Shown: positions 1 to 12,356, counted from the first letter of the whole stretch. The stretch is 63,947 nt of DNA, filler included, from 14 parts of 14 records of this genome joined end to end with filler, not necessarily neighbours in it, one strand, 5' to 3'. The notes: a model not told the origin generated them from the sequence alone. A program made the numbers and translations.

Positions 1-487
1 GCTCGGGCTCGCGGTGCCGGTGGTTCTGCCCCTGGCCTGTCTCGCACTAGCCAACAGGCTTGCAGCAGTGCACCTGGTCACGAGTAGGCTCGCGGTGGTG
101 TTTCAGCATAGTCAAGGTGCTGTGCCGGCGTGGTGGTCCTTTTTCGTGTCTCTTCTGCTTGGAGCTGCACTACTTCTTTGGTTTTTCATCAGCAACGCGG
201 GCCTCATCTCGGGTGCGCAGCTGTTTTACGTTGGGGCTCCGGTTGGGCTGATTGTTGGGGTGAGCTCAAGCTGGGCATGGCAGCAGAAGCGACCGCCGGC
301 GGAACCATTGGTGACAGCGCTGATAGCGCTAGTAGACGCATCTGGAGCGGATGGCGCTGCTCCCTCTCATGAACACGATGGTGAGGACTTCAGGACACCA
401 AGAGGCAACTACATGGGCGGTGAAGACTTCGTGACTCCGAGGGGTGACTACGTGTACACCCTTTTCGAGGATGACCATAGTCATTAA
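1..487 (+). CDS. 3' end of a multi-pass membrane protein (5'-truncated)
   Basis: Hydrophobic segments followed by an acidic tail with a duplicated GEDFxTPRGxY motif; stop at 485-487 followed by an AT-richer 3' region. Confidence 0.5.
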   Translation, partial: LGLAVPVVLPLACLALANRLAAVHLVTSRLAVVFQHSQGAVPAWWSFFVSLLLGAALLLWFFISNAGLISGAQLFYVGAPVGLIVGVSSSWAWQQKRPPAEPLVTALIALVDASGADGAAPSHEHDGEDFRTPRGNYMGGEDFVTPRGDYVYTLFEDDHSH

Positions 488-752
488 TTTGAGTTTAATG
501 ACGATCAATACAACTCAGTCATTTCCCGTCACCCGTTGGAGCGCCAGCCCGCGTATCCATTGGCTCTCGCCATCCTCCGACCCGAGGGCTCCCGCCCACC
601 GTGCCGGTCCGTACGCCCGCCCGCTCAGTCCGGGAAGGTGGGCGCGCGCTAGGCCGCTCCCGGGCTAGTTGCTGCCCCCGCGGCCGATTCGAGTTCGGAA
701 GACATTTTTGCGGCCGTCGGTGTCACCAGATCTGCAACGGCGGGGAGAGGAG

Positions 753-3700
753 ATGGGTCGAGTATTGCGAAGCGGTAAGCGGCCAGCCCGCTCGACTCCT
801 CCACTTCCGAGCCCCAAAAGATCACGCAGGGCGGCCGATTCGCGCCCAGTGCCGGCTCCTGGCCCGCTTCCCGCGCCGCGTTCTCCAGCCGGAGCGCAGC
901 CGCAGGCTTCGCATCGCCTGAGATCATCCCGATGCCTCAGTCGGACCGCTGGGAGAGGCGCTGCGCCTGTTGCACAGCCCCTCCCCCTGGCCCGCTCGGC
1001 TAGCACGCACCAGGACCCAAAGCCGCCGGCAATGCACCGGGCCGGCTCGACGCTTTCGGTCTCGAACAGGGCCCGGGCTCGCAAACTGGATGTGCGAAGC
1101 GCTCTGCGGATCATCGCCGACCAGCAGCGCAGCCGGTTTTATGGGGAGCTCGGGCTGTTCGGGACGTTCCTCGTGGCGCTGGCCGGCGTGTTCAACGCAG
1201 GTACGCGGGCGCACCGCTGAGCGCTGAGGCGGGGCAGTGGCGCCGAGCGCCGAGCTGCATTTCCAGGAGGAAACGCTCTGGCGGGAGATCAGCCATCAGC
1301 TGCCGGATCGGGCGCTGGTCAGCTGGCAAGATGCGAGGGAGGCGCTGCTGGCGCACACCAGACTCCCGGAGTTGCTAGAAGTATCTCTCCTCGGCCAGCC
1401 TCAGATGCGGGTGATACGGCGCGCTGCTGGCCGCCCACTGGAGCCTGAGCGCGCCCGCAGGTCTGTGCCGACATCGGTGGCGTGTCAAGGGAGGCACACG
1501 TGGGGCTGCGGCTGCGTGTCCGTCGGGCCAATTGACGAGTCCCGATTCTGCCCAGCTAACCACACATGCGCCTCGTACAGCCACGACCTTCCTCGCTTCC
1601 CGGCTTCGGCTGTGTGGGACTATTGGACTGATCATCCCGTTAGCGTGGGCGGGCACGTGCTTGCCTATCCGACGGCAGCTTCCAGCCTGCTCATGCCAAG
1701 CTCGCCTCCCATCTGCACCAGGCACGCTAGACACCTCCGCTAGCTAACCCTGGACTGCGGCAATCCTGACCCCACCTGGCTGCAGCGGCAGCAGTCAGAA
1801 CTTGTCCTCCACGCTGTGGAACTCTGCGCTCCGGACAGTGGTACTCTCTACCAATCTCCGATCTCCTGGGACCGTACAGCCAGTAGTCTCGCAGTCACAA
1901 TTCATTCTGGAGATCAACCAACTCGGCTCTCTCAGACTCAGCCAGCACCTGCTAACATCGCCGGTGTTCGGCTGGCAGCACACGAGCTGGTGAGCAATAC
2001 CTTGCAGCTTCACTCAGCGCTCACAGGTGGCTGGTAGCTGCGCTCGTGGTTTGCATCTGGTTTCTTGGCCGTTCGCTCTATCAAAAGGACGGGCTGCTCA
2101 AGGCAATCTCGCTGCTTTTCAAGCCACACCGATGGATCGGCTCTTCTGGAGACTACTGGCAGATATTCGACATAGCCTACAAAGGTGAAGATCCGTGACT
2201 GAACATGATAGTCAAAAACCTTTAGGTGGCAATCTGCTTCTTCTTTGTCTCACAGTTTGGTGGGCTCTGAAACACAACCCGAACCTTGTGGCAGCCATCT
2301 CCGACGACAGCGAGCAGTTTCACGAGATTGGGCCCAGCCTCGCCTGGTATCGGCTCATCCTCAACATGGTCTCCTGCCTGATGCTCCTCAGCTTTATCCG
2401 GGTCTTCAAGTTCCTCCAGCTGAACAACGAAATGGTTGGCCCCGTTTCTCAGCCCAATGTGACACTCAATGGCTGGGCTGCAGTATTTTCTATGGACCGT
2501 GATTGGTCGGGCTCGAGGCGAGATTGCCGCTTTTGGGGTGATGCTCGCGATTCTGTTTGCCGGGTTTGGGATGTTTGGCTGTTTGGCGTTCGGACATCGT
2601 TGCAGTGAGTTTGCCACCATGTCTGAGAGCTGCTTCAGTCTGCTTGAGATGATGTTTGGGGACTTTGACGGCCATGGCTGCCTGCGGAGCACCAGTCCAC
2701 TCCTCGGAAGAGTATACTACACCTCGTACATGCTGCTGGTTGCCCTCTGCTTCACGAATCTCGTGATTGCTATGCTGAGCAACATAGAGGTAAGCCAAGT
2801 GCCGGGTTTGGGACCGTTTGGTTATTTAGATTTTGACGCCCTGTATCTTCATCCCAATGAATGTTCGTAGCTTACCAGTGGTCACGTGATTCTCGTGTCC
2901 AGGCCGAGTGTCGCCAAGAGGCCGCCAGCACTCACAAGCACATCGACTACGACTTGCTTCAGTGGATTTCTGCCAGCTGGCGTGCAGTTCACCCACGGAT
3001 CCAGCTGCTTGGTGCTGCGCAGTGGACAGGCAAGCTACGACTCAAAAAAGGCGCCCGGCTCTCACTCGATGCAAGCATTACCTCCATGGTGCACTTTACG
3101 GCCATGACTGTATCATGACTTGTGGATCTGTTTTCAGGACGACAAAGCTCGCGGTGTGCCCTCTGTGGTAGGTGTCTACGAACAGATCCCTAAGACTCGT
3201 TCCAAATCAGTCTGGAACCGGCTTCCGCTCCTCCAGGCAGTAGTGCGACTTCGGCTAATGGCGAGAGCATCGAGGGTTGATTCGGACTTCACGCTTGGGC
3301 TCATCAACTCACAGTCCTGGTCCCAGATCCCCACTCACTTCTTGAAGCAGTTCAACCGGGACGATCTGATGACTCTTGTATCTCCTGGTGCCGCGCAGGG
3401 GCAGCCTCCGATTCAGCTGAAAGTGCTTCGTTCGTGCCCCAGCGCAGGTTTCCCTCGCAGGCTGGTCCTCGAAACGATCCACCCTGTCACGCTCGAGGTG
3501 CCACCTGCGCCCCCCTTCACTCCCTAAGCTGTGAGTTCCAGGGAGGGGAGACATGCGAGGTCTGCAAGCAGCTGTGGTGGGCGGTGCTCTGGGGCATGTT
3601 GGAGATGCTTTGGACGCAGCCGTGGAGGAGCTCCCTGAAGCAGACCGGTCCAGAAGCGATTACTGTCGAGGAGCTCGAGCAAATACTCCAGGCTAGGCCG

Positions 3701-4749
3701 GTGGGCGAGCTGGCAGGCGGGGCGCTGTCTTACCAGGCGCTCGAGCAAACGCTCCACATGCATCTGCGCAGGAAGTTCCCCAGGCTCGAAAACCTCAGCA
3801 CGCTGGTTGCTAGGGAAACAGAGGCTGTGTTCTTCTGGCTGTACAAGGTGACATTTTCTAATGGATGCTGGGGATCGTTAATGATGCATATAGCTATTAT
3901 AGAGTATTCTACAAGTATGTGGAGGTAAGATATGCACAGGCTGTTTCTGACGACGAACGATGGGATCCAGAGCATGGAGGGGTATACGAACCAGCACCTT
4001 TAGACACGTCAAAGGTCCGACTCAACGCTGAGCTCAAGGAGGTGTGCGGCCGTGCTGTCTACAGAGCCTGACCGTGTGCAGATTGCCGAGTTCATGGCAG
4101 CGAATGCTCACGATATGTGGGCTGAGTCTCGTATCAGGGCCGGTTGGAAGTATGGCCCGCGGCGAGATAACCAGCAGCAGACCCACCCTGGGCTGCTCCC
4201 GTGGTGTCAGTTGAGCGACGAGGATCGGGTGTACGATCGTAGGACTGCTTCGTCACTCCTCAAGACCATGATCTCTTTCGGTTACTCGCTGGTGAGGAAA
4301 CAGCCGGGACAGGGCACGATTGGGATGGAAGTCTTGAGCGGTCAGGCTCCTATTACAGGTCTCGCATACTGGGAGCTGGAGAGTGACTGTGAGCGTGTGT
4401 AGATGGGTCGACGTATGTGCCGAGGCAGGTGGACACATCGGACGTTGTCTTGGCGGCAGACATCGAGGAGCTCTCGCACCTGCTCGCGGCGAATGCGCAC
4501 GACCTGTGGGCCGATGAGAGGCTCAAGGGAGGCTGGCGTCGGGGCCCATATGCAGATGATGACGCAAAGACCCATCCAAACTTGGTGCCATATCATCGAC
4601 TAGATTCGACCGAGCAAGCGCGTGATCTCGAGAACTCCCAGGGTGAGGACCAGCGAACGCCCTTGTTGACCGGATCGGATGCAGGGTCTCTGAAGGTGCT
4701 CTGGAAGCTTGGGTATCGTTGGAGCAAGAGCTCGGGCTGGGAAGATTGA
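753..4749 (+). CDS. Polycystin-2-like cation channel with two C-terminal RyR repeats (PKDRR type), multi-exon
   Basis: PKD2-like S4-S6/pore exons (FIRVFKFLQLN; FAGFGMFGCLAFG..EFAT..CFSLLEMMFGDFD..FTNLVIAML at ~2390-2790). RyR-repeat motifs AANAHDMWAESRIRAGWKYGPRRDNQQQTHPGLLPW and AANAHDLWADERLKGGWRRGP..KTHPNLVPY at ~3980-4730. Short GT-AG introns (e.g. 1201-1237). Start codon and full exon structure are approximate. Confidence 0.8.
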
Positions 4750-5005
4750 TGATATTGTCATTTAATAATAATTATTGTGTACGCGCAAACGCAAGTAAAC
4801 CGCTTTTACTTTACTATATAGAGTCGACGTCTAGATGACATTGTACATTTATATTTTAATTGTGATTTATTCGCAGAGTTGATCTGCTTAGATCTTAATG
4901 AATCGTGCCGTCTTGATTAATCCGACTACTCTTGCTATTACTTGCTATTGCGCGTGCACGACAATGCTATAACAGTGCTCATACACGTATCTAATGCATA
5001 GAATG

Positions 5006-6529
5006 TTACAGCCTGCCCATGCCGTTCATAGTGGCATTTCGTGCATATATGTCCCAGGCCCCACCAGCCCCCGCGTTGCAGTCTCCCGGACCACTTGCGA
5101 ACGGGCGGTACGAACACGAGTACAAATCGCCACAACAGCCGGCCCCAATCGTGCCGGCAGCGGGAGAGCCACCCACTGAATGTATCACGGAAGATTGATA
5201 ATCGGTATTGTTCCCAACATACTTTTCCAGGTCAGCCCAGCTGCAGCTTTTGTGCCAGGAGCACACCTTGGTTTTGAGAGAAAATGATACAAAGTTGGCC
5301 TCCCTGCAGGTTGCCGCTTTGGCCACGCAGTCTGCGAGCGTGGCAATCGCTGGCTTTGGAGGCGGCGGTGGACAGGCGGGGCCAGGACAGATGTACGGTT
5401 GCACCACGCCACGCATGCAGTTGGTGCCGAACAGAAACCTGGCGTACCCGCCCTCTCCGAAGCCCGGACCCCATGAGTTCTTCACGATGAAATATCCAAC
5501 GTCCTCGGTCGCAATCGGTGCTCGTTTAAACGGGACACAGCTGGTTACATTCTGTGCATAATTTGCCATCCCAGGCAGCTGATGCCCAGTTGGGTCCGTT
5601 GCCATCATAGTGCACACCCCGTCCTGCCAGTTCGCCGCTCCGCAGCGTGGGGTGTTCCACGCCGGAGCCTCGGGGGGCGAGCCGATTGTCTCTGCACACA
5701 GCGCACAGCACTCGTCGAGGCTAGCTGGCATCTTCTTGGGCGTGCCCCACCACTCGCGACCCCCGGAGCCCAGTAGAAAGGCGGTGTCGCAGTAAGTCTC
5801 GTACGAGCTGTTGGCGGGCTGACTGGCGCACTTGGCCGGGGGCGGCTGTATGCCATAGCCTACGAGAGCGTTTGCGTGATCCACACCACGGAGCCCGGAA
5901 CAGTTAATAATGCCACCATGGTAAGGACTGTACGCACCAGCGTCGATGGAGACCGCCGCGGGGCCGGCCTGCAGGAGTGCCAAAATGTCCGGGTCCATGT
6001 GGGTCTTGCTGCCGCGGATGCCATCAATCTTGGCCCACGAGCGCGCCTTGGCACTTGTGCAGTTTGTAATGCCGCGGCAGCCAGTGATGTTCGGGTCCGA
6101 GTGGTTGGCCAGCGGGGCGTCGATAGCCCGGGCGATCCCGCGCTCCATGTTGGGCATGGCGTACCCGCCGTTGTTGTAGCAGTCGATCTCCTCCTGTTCG
6201 GAGAGCTTGACTAGCGGGTGGCCCGAGATGTTCCAGGCTCCCTCCACCGCGGCCACCCCAGCAAAGTAAGCGCAGGTGGCGCACCGGCCCTGCGAGGTGG
6301 GCGGGGTGACCGCGCCCCGGGACCGCCAGTCCAGCGGCCCCGCGGCCAAGGCAGCGCGACGCTCCTCCTCGGAGAACGCGACCACTTGCACCGGCAGGTC
6401 GCCCAATGAGGGCGGGTAATACGCGGCGCGCTCGATGGCGAACTCGGCAGAAGCGTCAGCTGCGTGTTTGGGATCGATGGCGGCGCGAGCACCGACCAGA
6501 CAAGCTGCCACCACCCACAGCTTCGCCAT
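5006..6529 (-). CDS. Secreted papain-family (C1A) cysteine protease with Cys-rich insert and C-terminal extension
   Basis: Signal peptide MAKLWVVAACLVGARA; LDWR..GAVTP, QGRCATC (catalytic Cys), LSEQE.IDC, VDHANALVGYG (His), YFIVKNSWG..FGEGGY (Asn). Confidence 0.9.
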   Translation of the reverse strand: MAKLWVVAACLVGARAAIDPKHAADASAEFAIERAAYYPPSLGDLPVQVVAFSEEERRAALAAGPLDWRSRGAVTPPTSQGRCATCAYFAGVAAVEGAWNISGHPLVKLSEQEEIDCYNNGGYAMPNMERGIARAIDAPLANHSDPNITGCRGITNCTSAKARSWAKIDGIRGSKTHMDPDILALLQAGPAAVSIDAGAYSPYHGGIINCSGLRGVDHANALVGYGIQPPPAKCASQPANSSYETYCDTAFLLGSGGREWWGTPKKMPASLDECCALCAETIGSPPEAPAWNTPRCGAANWQDGVCTMMATDPTGHQLPGMANYAQNVTSCVPFKRAPIATEDVGYFIVKNSWGPGFGEGGYARFLFGTNCMRGVVQPYICPGPACPPPPPKPAIATLADCVAKAATCREANFVSFSLKTKVCSWHKSCSWADLEKYVGNNTDYQSSVIHSVGGSPAAGTIGAGCCGDLYSCSYRPFASGPGDCNAGAGGAWDIYARNATMNGMGRL

Positions 6530-6576
6530 GAGCTGCAAGAGCGAGCATCGAAAAATCCGTTACTCAACTGGGCGAT

Positions 6577-7515
6577 ATGATGATCTCTGGGTTCGCGGTG
6601 CTTCTCTGGGCGTGCGTGCCCGCTTGGGCAGCACCGACACCCCCCCCGACCGCCCCGGGCGGGTTCACCGTCCTCAGCGGCAATTACTCCCTCACGGGGC
6701 TGCAGTGCCCCACGTCCACGATCGGGATCTGGTACCCTCAAAGCCTCGCCAAGGGGCCGTTCCCCGTGGTCTCGTTCGCGCACGGCTTTGGCGGAGGGCT
6801 CGGTGGCAACACGCTGGCTGTAGTTCAGGCGATCGCGAGCCTCGGCTTCGTAGTGGTCGCCCTCGGGCAGTTTGAGCCGCAGAAGACCGCATGCCCCCGC
6901 GAATACCAGGACCAGCTGCACGCAATCGCGGGGTCACGGGCCGACCCGTCGCTGCACCCGGCGCTGGCGCACGTCGACTGGAGTAGGGCTGGGCTGATTG
7001 GGCACTCGATGGGAGGGTTCTCCACCTCGATGGCCGCAGCCACCCCGGCGCACGTGGAGCAGTACAATCTCAGAGCCGCCGTCCTGAGCCATGGGGCTGT
7101 GGATCAGCTGCAGACGTGCAGGAACTCGACTGCCGACGATCAGTGCCCGAACGGATGCACTGTGAGCGCCTTCCCGATGTCTGGCGGGGCAGCGAAGTGT
7201 ACTTGCTGTACCGGTGCTTCTCCTGGGACTCCGAATATTACGGTGCCGGTGCTATTCACTACTGGCAGCGCCGACCATACGGTGGAGGCGCCGTTCCTTT
7301 ACAAGGCCTTCCAGGCTTGCCCGGCCAGACCAAAGGTGTTTGTGAACACTGCCGGTCAGTACCATACTACCAAGGGCGAGCAAGGGTTTGACGCGCACTT
7401 CCTTGGCTGCCATTCGGCCGGGATCAAGAGCAGCTGCGACAAGATATACGGGAGCGGGCCCGATGATCTATGCCAGGCGAAGAAATATGTCAAGTGCGAG
7501 ATTGTACGGACGTGA
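6577..7515 (+). CDS. Secreted alpha/beta hydrolase (chlorophyllase/cutinase/dienelactone-hydrolase-like)
   Basis: Signal peptide; FPVVSFAHG, GHSMGG nucleophile elbow, TGSAD and a downstream His; intronless. Confidence 0.8.
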   Translation: MMISGFAVLLWACVPAWAAPTPPPTAPGGFTVLSGNYSLTGLQCPTSTIGIWYPQSLAKGPFPVVSFAHGFGGGLGGNTLAVVQAIASLGFVVVALGQFEPQKTACPREYQDQLHAIAGSRADPSLHPALAHVDWSRAGLIGHSMGGFSTSMAAATPAHVEQYNLRAAVLSHGAVDQLQTCRNSTADDQCPNGCTVSAFPMSGGAAKCTCCTGASPGTPNITVPVLFTTGSADHTVEAPFLYKAFQACPARPKVFVNTAGQYHTTKGEQGFDAHFLGCHSAGIKSSCDKIYGSGPDDLCQAKKYVKCEIVRT

Positions 7516-7686
7516 TGTCGTATGTTTAAATGTATTAGAAAGTCGGAGCTCAACTGTAAAGCAAGCTGATTACAAGTATCATTTGGGGCCCGGCGGACCG
7601 AGGTTGCTCGCTCGACGGCTCCCGCTCTGGGGGTGGCTCAGACGCAGCAGGCCGCTGTGCGTGCACCGGAAGAGAGCCGTGTGAGG

Positions 7687-7786
7687 NNNNNNNNNNNNNN
7701 NNNNNNNNNNNNNNNNNNNNNNNNNNNNNNTTAATTAATTAANNNNNNNNNNNNNNNNNNNNNNNNNNNNNNNNNNNNNNNNNNNN
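7687..7786. other. Artificial contig linker (first of 13)
   Basis: N44-TTAATTAATTAA-N44 with stops in all six frames. Others start at 12678, 15993, 20850, 24716, 28468, 32138, 36267, 39791, 47720, 52404, 56914 and 60181. Confidence 0.98.
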
Positions 7787-10667
7787 AAAAGAATCGGGAC
7801 AAGTCCTCAAGCAAAGATGCTGCGCCAGTGAGCGCAAAATCGTGCTGGGCGGGAGAAACCACGTCGCCGATCCTGATTGTGTAGCTAGCAGGCACCATCC
7901 AACGGCGGCCAGCCTTGTCGACCACCGAGAGGGCATCGGGTAGCACCGACAACAGAATAGTTGTTGACTGGCCTGGAGCCAGCGTAACCCGGTCGAAATC
8001 AAAGAGCTTCTGGCGGGGGAAGTTTGGATCAGTGCTGTTGACGAATCCTAGCACCACCGCGTCGCCCGTAACGGCGCCTGTGTTGCGCACAGTGACTTGA
8101 TACTGAATGCCACCGCTTCTGATGGAGAGCATGTTTGGCACAGGCAGCGTGACATCTTGGTTGAATTCGTAGCTGAACGTGGTGTAAGAAAGGCCCCAGC
8201 CAAAGCTCCAGAGGACCGGGCCTTGGTAGTACAAATGGGTCAGGCCCTGACCGCTGTTGAGTTCCATGTCGTGCATGTCTCTGTCCAGGATTGAATCAGG
8301 GTACCACGTCACAGGCGTCTTGCCTCCCGGATTATTCGTGCCTATGAGCGTGTTGACGATGGCATCCCCGCCGAGCTGTCCAGGGTAGTATGCTTCGAGA
8401 ATCGCAGGGACGTGTTCTTTAGCCCACGCTATTGACAGCATGCCGCCATTGATCATCACCAGCACTGTATTGGGCTGCGCCGCAACCACAGCCTCCAAAA
8501 GCTGCTGCTGTGCACCAGGCAGTCCGAGGGTGTGCCAGCCACTTCCACCCGGCCCACGATCGTTGCCTTCATTCTCAGTCCGGCCGTTCCCAGCGCAGTG
8601 GTCAGCACAAAGCCCTACCATGACCACCGCCACGTCGGCTTCCTTGGCTGCGGCCACAGCTTGCGGGATCATAGAGGTGTCCGAGCTGCTCACATCAGCA
8701 GAGTGTCCAGCAGCATAGACAACATCCAGACCGGCCCGCTGTGCCGCCATGAGCGTGCTGTGATTGAGCGCGAGCTTGTTTTCGCCTTCATAATTTGATA
8801 GCATCTCCAGCGTAAAGTTGGCCTGCGGCCCAAGCAGCGCAATCTTCTGACCCTTGGAGAGTGGCAGGAGCGGTTTGTCATCCACAGGGTCGTTCTTGAG
8901 AAGCGTCATTGCCTGCTCGGCCACTGAGAGCGAGAGTAAGCGGTGTTCTCGGGTGTCAACTTCAGCCTCGGTGTACGTCTGATAGAGCACGGATGCGGGT
9001 CCCTCGAGCTCGCCAAGCTCGATAAAGTGCTTGAGCCTGCGGCTGATCGCCAAGTCAAGGTCCGACTCGGATATTTTCCCCTCCGACAATGCTGCAGCCG
9101 CGTGCTTCTGGTACATTGAGTCGCACTCCAGGTCGGTTCCGCCATGCAGCGCAGCTGCAACCGTCTCCGTGTCCCCGTTTGTGTAGTGGTGAGGGTTCTG
9201 GATGTCTCCGATCGCCCCGCAGTCAGAGACGATGTAGCCGTCCCAGCCCCACTCACCCCGCACCAGGTCGTTCTGGAACTTGGAGTTTGCGCACGACGGA
9301 ACGCCGTTTACTGCGTTGCTGCAAACACACAGCTCAGTCAAACCAGCTTGGCCTGATGTGACTTACTAGCTGCACATAATGCTCTTTGCCCTGGCCTCGG
9401 TGACACAGGTCTTGAAAACTGGGAGGTAATACTCGACAAGCATTCGCGTGGATATATTCACGTTGAGCCCACCACGGCCCGTCTCGATATCGTAACCAAA
9501 GAAATGCTTGCACGTCGAGATGATCTGCAGTTCCGAAACCGACTCCTCTCCGTCCCCGTGCTGCAGGCCGCGCGAAAAGTGTTTCACATATTCTCCAGTG
9601 AGCACCGGGTCTTCTCCCGGCACCTCCTGCCCGCGACCCCAGCGCGGGTCCCTGAACAGATTCATATCGGGCGCCCAGAATGCAATGGCCGCCAGCCCGC
9701 TCCCCGCGAGTGCACCCGAAGGCGCGCGGGTGTTGGCGTCCTTCTGGTTGTGCAGCGCACGTCCCTCGCGCCCATCAGCCGCCCCGACGGCCAGCCAGAG
9801 ACTCTTATTGAAGGTGGCCCCCTCGGCAATCCCAGACGGGTAGCTGGTCGCACAGCCTGTCCTCTCGCCAAACTCGTCAGGCTTTGCGCCTGGAGCCACC
9901 GCGCCGCAGTTGGCATCCACTCCGTGCAGCCCCTCGCCGAACTGCATCTGCCGGATCCCGAGCCTCGGCACCCCAGAGTTGCCGCTCTCCAAAAGAGAAA
10001 GCTTCTCGGGCACTGTGAGGTTTCCTACGATCAGCGCCACCCTCGCCGACACTGCCAGCGCGCGGTCACAGAACCGCTGCGCGGCGAAACTCGCGTTGGT
10101 TGCGCCAGCGCCGCAGGTGACTCCGGTGAATGGGGGTGGGGGCGGTGGCGGAGGCGGGGGTGGGGGCGCCTCCATGTCCAGGCACATGCTCGAGCCGCGC
10201 AGCCTGATGGCCGGGAGCGCGAAGTCAAACTGCAGGCAATCCGTCCCGATCGGCTTCATGTGCAGGTTGCTCCCACTCCGGCTCGAGTCGGCGGTCAGGC
10301 ACTGGCCGGGCGGGGTCTGCCCGGGCGCCACGGGCAGGCCAGCTGTGTCTGGCCAAGAGGCTATCATGGTGCCGTTGGTCATCAGCACGCCGTTCCGATC
10401 GCCGAATCCGGCCGACCAGGCGTGGCACGGGCCGGTGTCCGGGCAGTTGACCGCCGCGCCGACCGACTGGTTGGAGTCGTTCTTGTTGATGATGTTGATG
10501 GCAGTCAGTCCGTCGATTGTGTGCTGGGTCGTGGTCCATCCCTGGCGCGGGGCTCCGGGGCTGCAGTCGGCCACGATGATGCAACTAGTCCCGCCGCACT
10601 CTGCAAGAGCGCCACGCGTGCCGCACAACAGCACCGCGAGCACTACGGGTCCAGAGATCCGGCCCAT
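7787..10667 (-). CDS. GH3 beta-xylosidase/beta-glucosidase with N-terminal ricin-B-like region (3'-truncated)
   Basis: WAPDMNLFRDPRWGRGQEVPGEDP, CKHF, IMCS|NAVNGVPSCAN, GYIVSDC, YYPGQLGG, FGWGLSYTTF and an Fn3-like tail; one intron near 9325-9368. Confidence 0.92.
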
Positions 10668-10756
10668 CCTGCAAGCCCGGTCCTTTGGTGATGGCAAGGG
10701 TCGGGGCCGGTTGGGCTTCGGTTTTAACGACCTTTTCAGAGGAAGCAAGCTTCACG

Positions 10757-11918
10757 ATGTCCTGTGTATGGCCGCCGCTCCCAGGCTCGTGGTGGCGGCT
10801 GGGGGAAGGCCCGGTGCTCTCGACCGGCCAGATCGGACTGCTTCCGGGCGGGTCGGCGGTGGGCAGCTGGCACCGGGCGCGAGGCTTTTGGGAATGGCTG
10901 GGCTCCGAGCTGGAAGTCCGATTCGCTGGGGCGCGGCTCACGCTCAAGGGCCAGCAACGGGGGCTGTTCGCGCTGGTGGACGAGCAGGGGCGGGAGCAGC
11001 CGTGCGAGTGCGTCTACTCTGCGGGGGGGAAGAAGGGGCCGCCCAGCCCTCTGCTGGGCAGCACCTGGCAGTGGAGCGACTTTGGGCTGGTGAGCTTCGA
11101 CGAAGACTGCCGACTGGTCGGGTCCAGCGACTTCGCCGGGCTCTGGTTTGAGACACCAGCCGGCTGCACGATCTGGCTCGGCGGAGAGCGCTGGGAATTG
11201 CCGGACTGCGCGGCCGAAGAGGACAGCGTCTACGTGATCTCGTCCCGGCGTTCAGCGCTCACCCTGCGGGCAGGCCACTCACGGGGAGCGGCGGAGAGGC
11301 GCGGTAACGCTCAAGCGGTGCCGGGCCAGGGAGGAGAACTCGCAGGCTGGGCTGCAAGGATATCTGCTCAAAAGGTGAGCCGCTGGCTGGGTTGGCTGAG
11401 CACAAGGGCAGGAGCGGATACCTGATGACTTCGTGGGAAGCCCGGTGGGTGGAGTGTGACGTGCAAACGCCCACCATAAGATACTTTGCGCTAGAGGAGC
11501 CGGAGGAGCCTCGTGCCGTGGTGGGCCATGCTGCGATGGCCGGTGACGCGTTGGGCAGATTACTCTAGACAGAGAGACCGAGCTGCGGCCGGTGGATGTG
11601 CCCGGTAGGAATTTTGCGTTTGGCGTTTATACGGACAAGACGCATCTTTTTTGCGCGGAGTCGATGCATGAGCGGGAGGCATGGATGGATGCCATAGCAG
11701 AGATGATCCCTGAAGATGAGATTGTTTCGGAGGAAAATGTAGCGAGCCAGACAGAGTGCAAGAATGAGACAGCCGTGGTAAGCAACAGACCAGAGGATGA
11801 TTATGTGGATGGTGAGGATGAAAGCAATGATGATGGTGAGCAGCGGTCTAGCCATAACGAAGCTGTGAGTGAAGATCCGGCAGACCCTTTATGCAACCCA
11901 GATAAAAGGATGCCGTGA
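10757..11918 (+). CDS. PH-domain protein, multi-exon
   Basis: Spliced exons give LQGYLLKR|SGYLMTSWEAR|YFAL ... FAFGVYT..THLFCAES..EREAWMDAI, followed by an acidic tail. Confidence 0.7.
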
Positions 11919-12356
11919 TCAATCATGACACGCACTCGGGCTACACTCGGGCTTATAATTAATTAATAATTAATAGTCGTACGAGAGTACTCAAATGTAC
12001 GCATACTGTAATGTTAGCATCACGTTTCATAATTGTTTCATGACAGTTCTTTACCCTGCAAGACTTTGGGAAATATAGGCGATTTATTCTCACCATGACA
12101 CAGCTGCAGCCACAACCGTCAACCGCACAACGCTCAAACGCAGTGAAAGTAGTAAGTACTAGCTACTTATGGTCCCTTTAGGTTCACAACTGAGCTGATT
12201 GTACAGCTGTAATCCGTACAAGCGGTAATGCTTGTTTCAAAGTCGAGCGTTTGCTTTATTTTAAAACTTGTTAAGATTCTGAGGATCAATCTCCTCATCA
12301 TGTCCTCAGTTGACAACCACATTATGTGCGTACCATACTTATTACGCTTCTAAGCG

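Noticed and set aside
7731-7742. TTAATTAATTAA repeated 13 times within N runs, as a repeat or CRISPR-like array
   Set aside because: Identical 100-nt artificial linker; gene adjacency across it carries no biological meaning.
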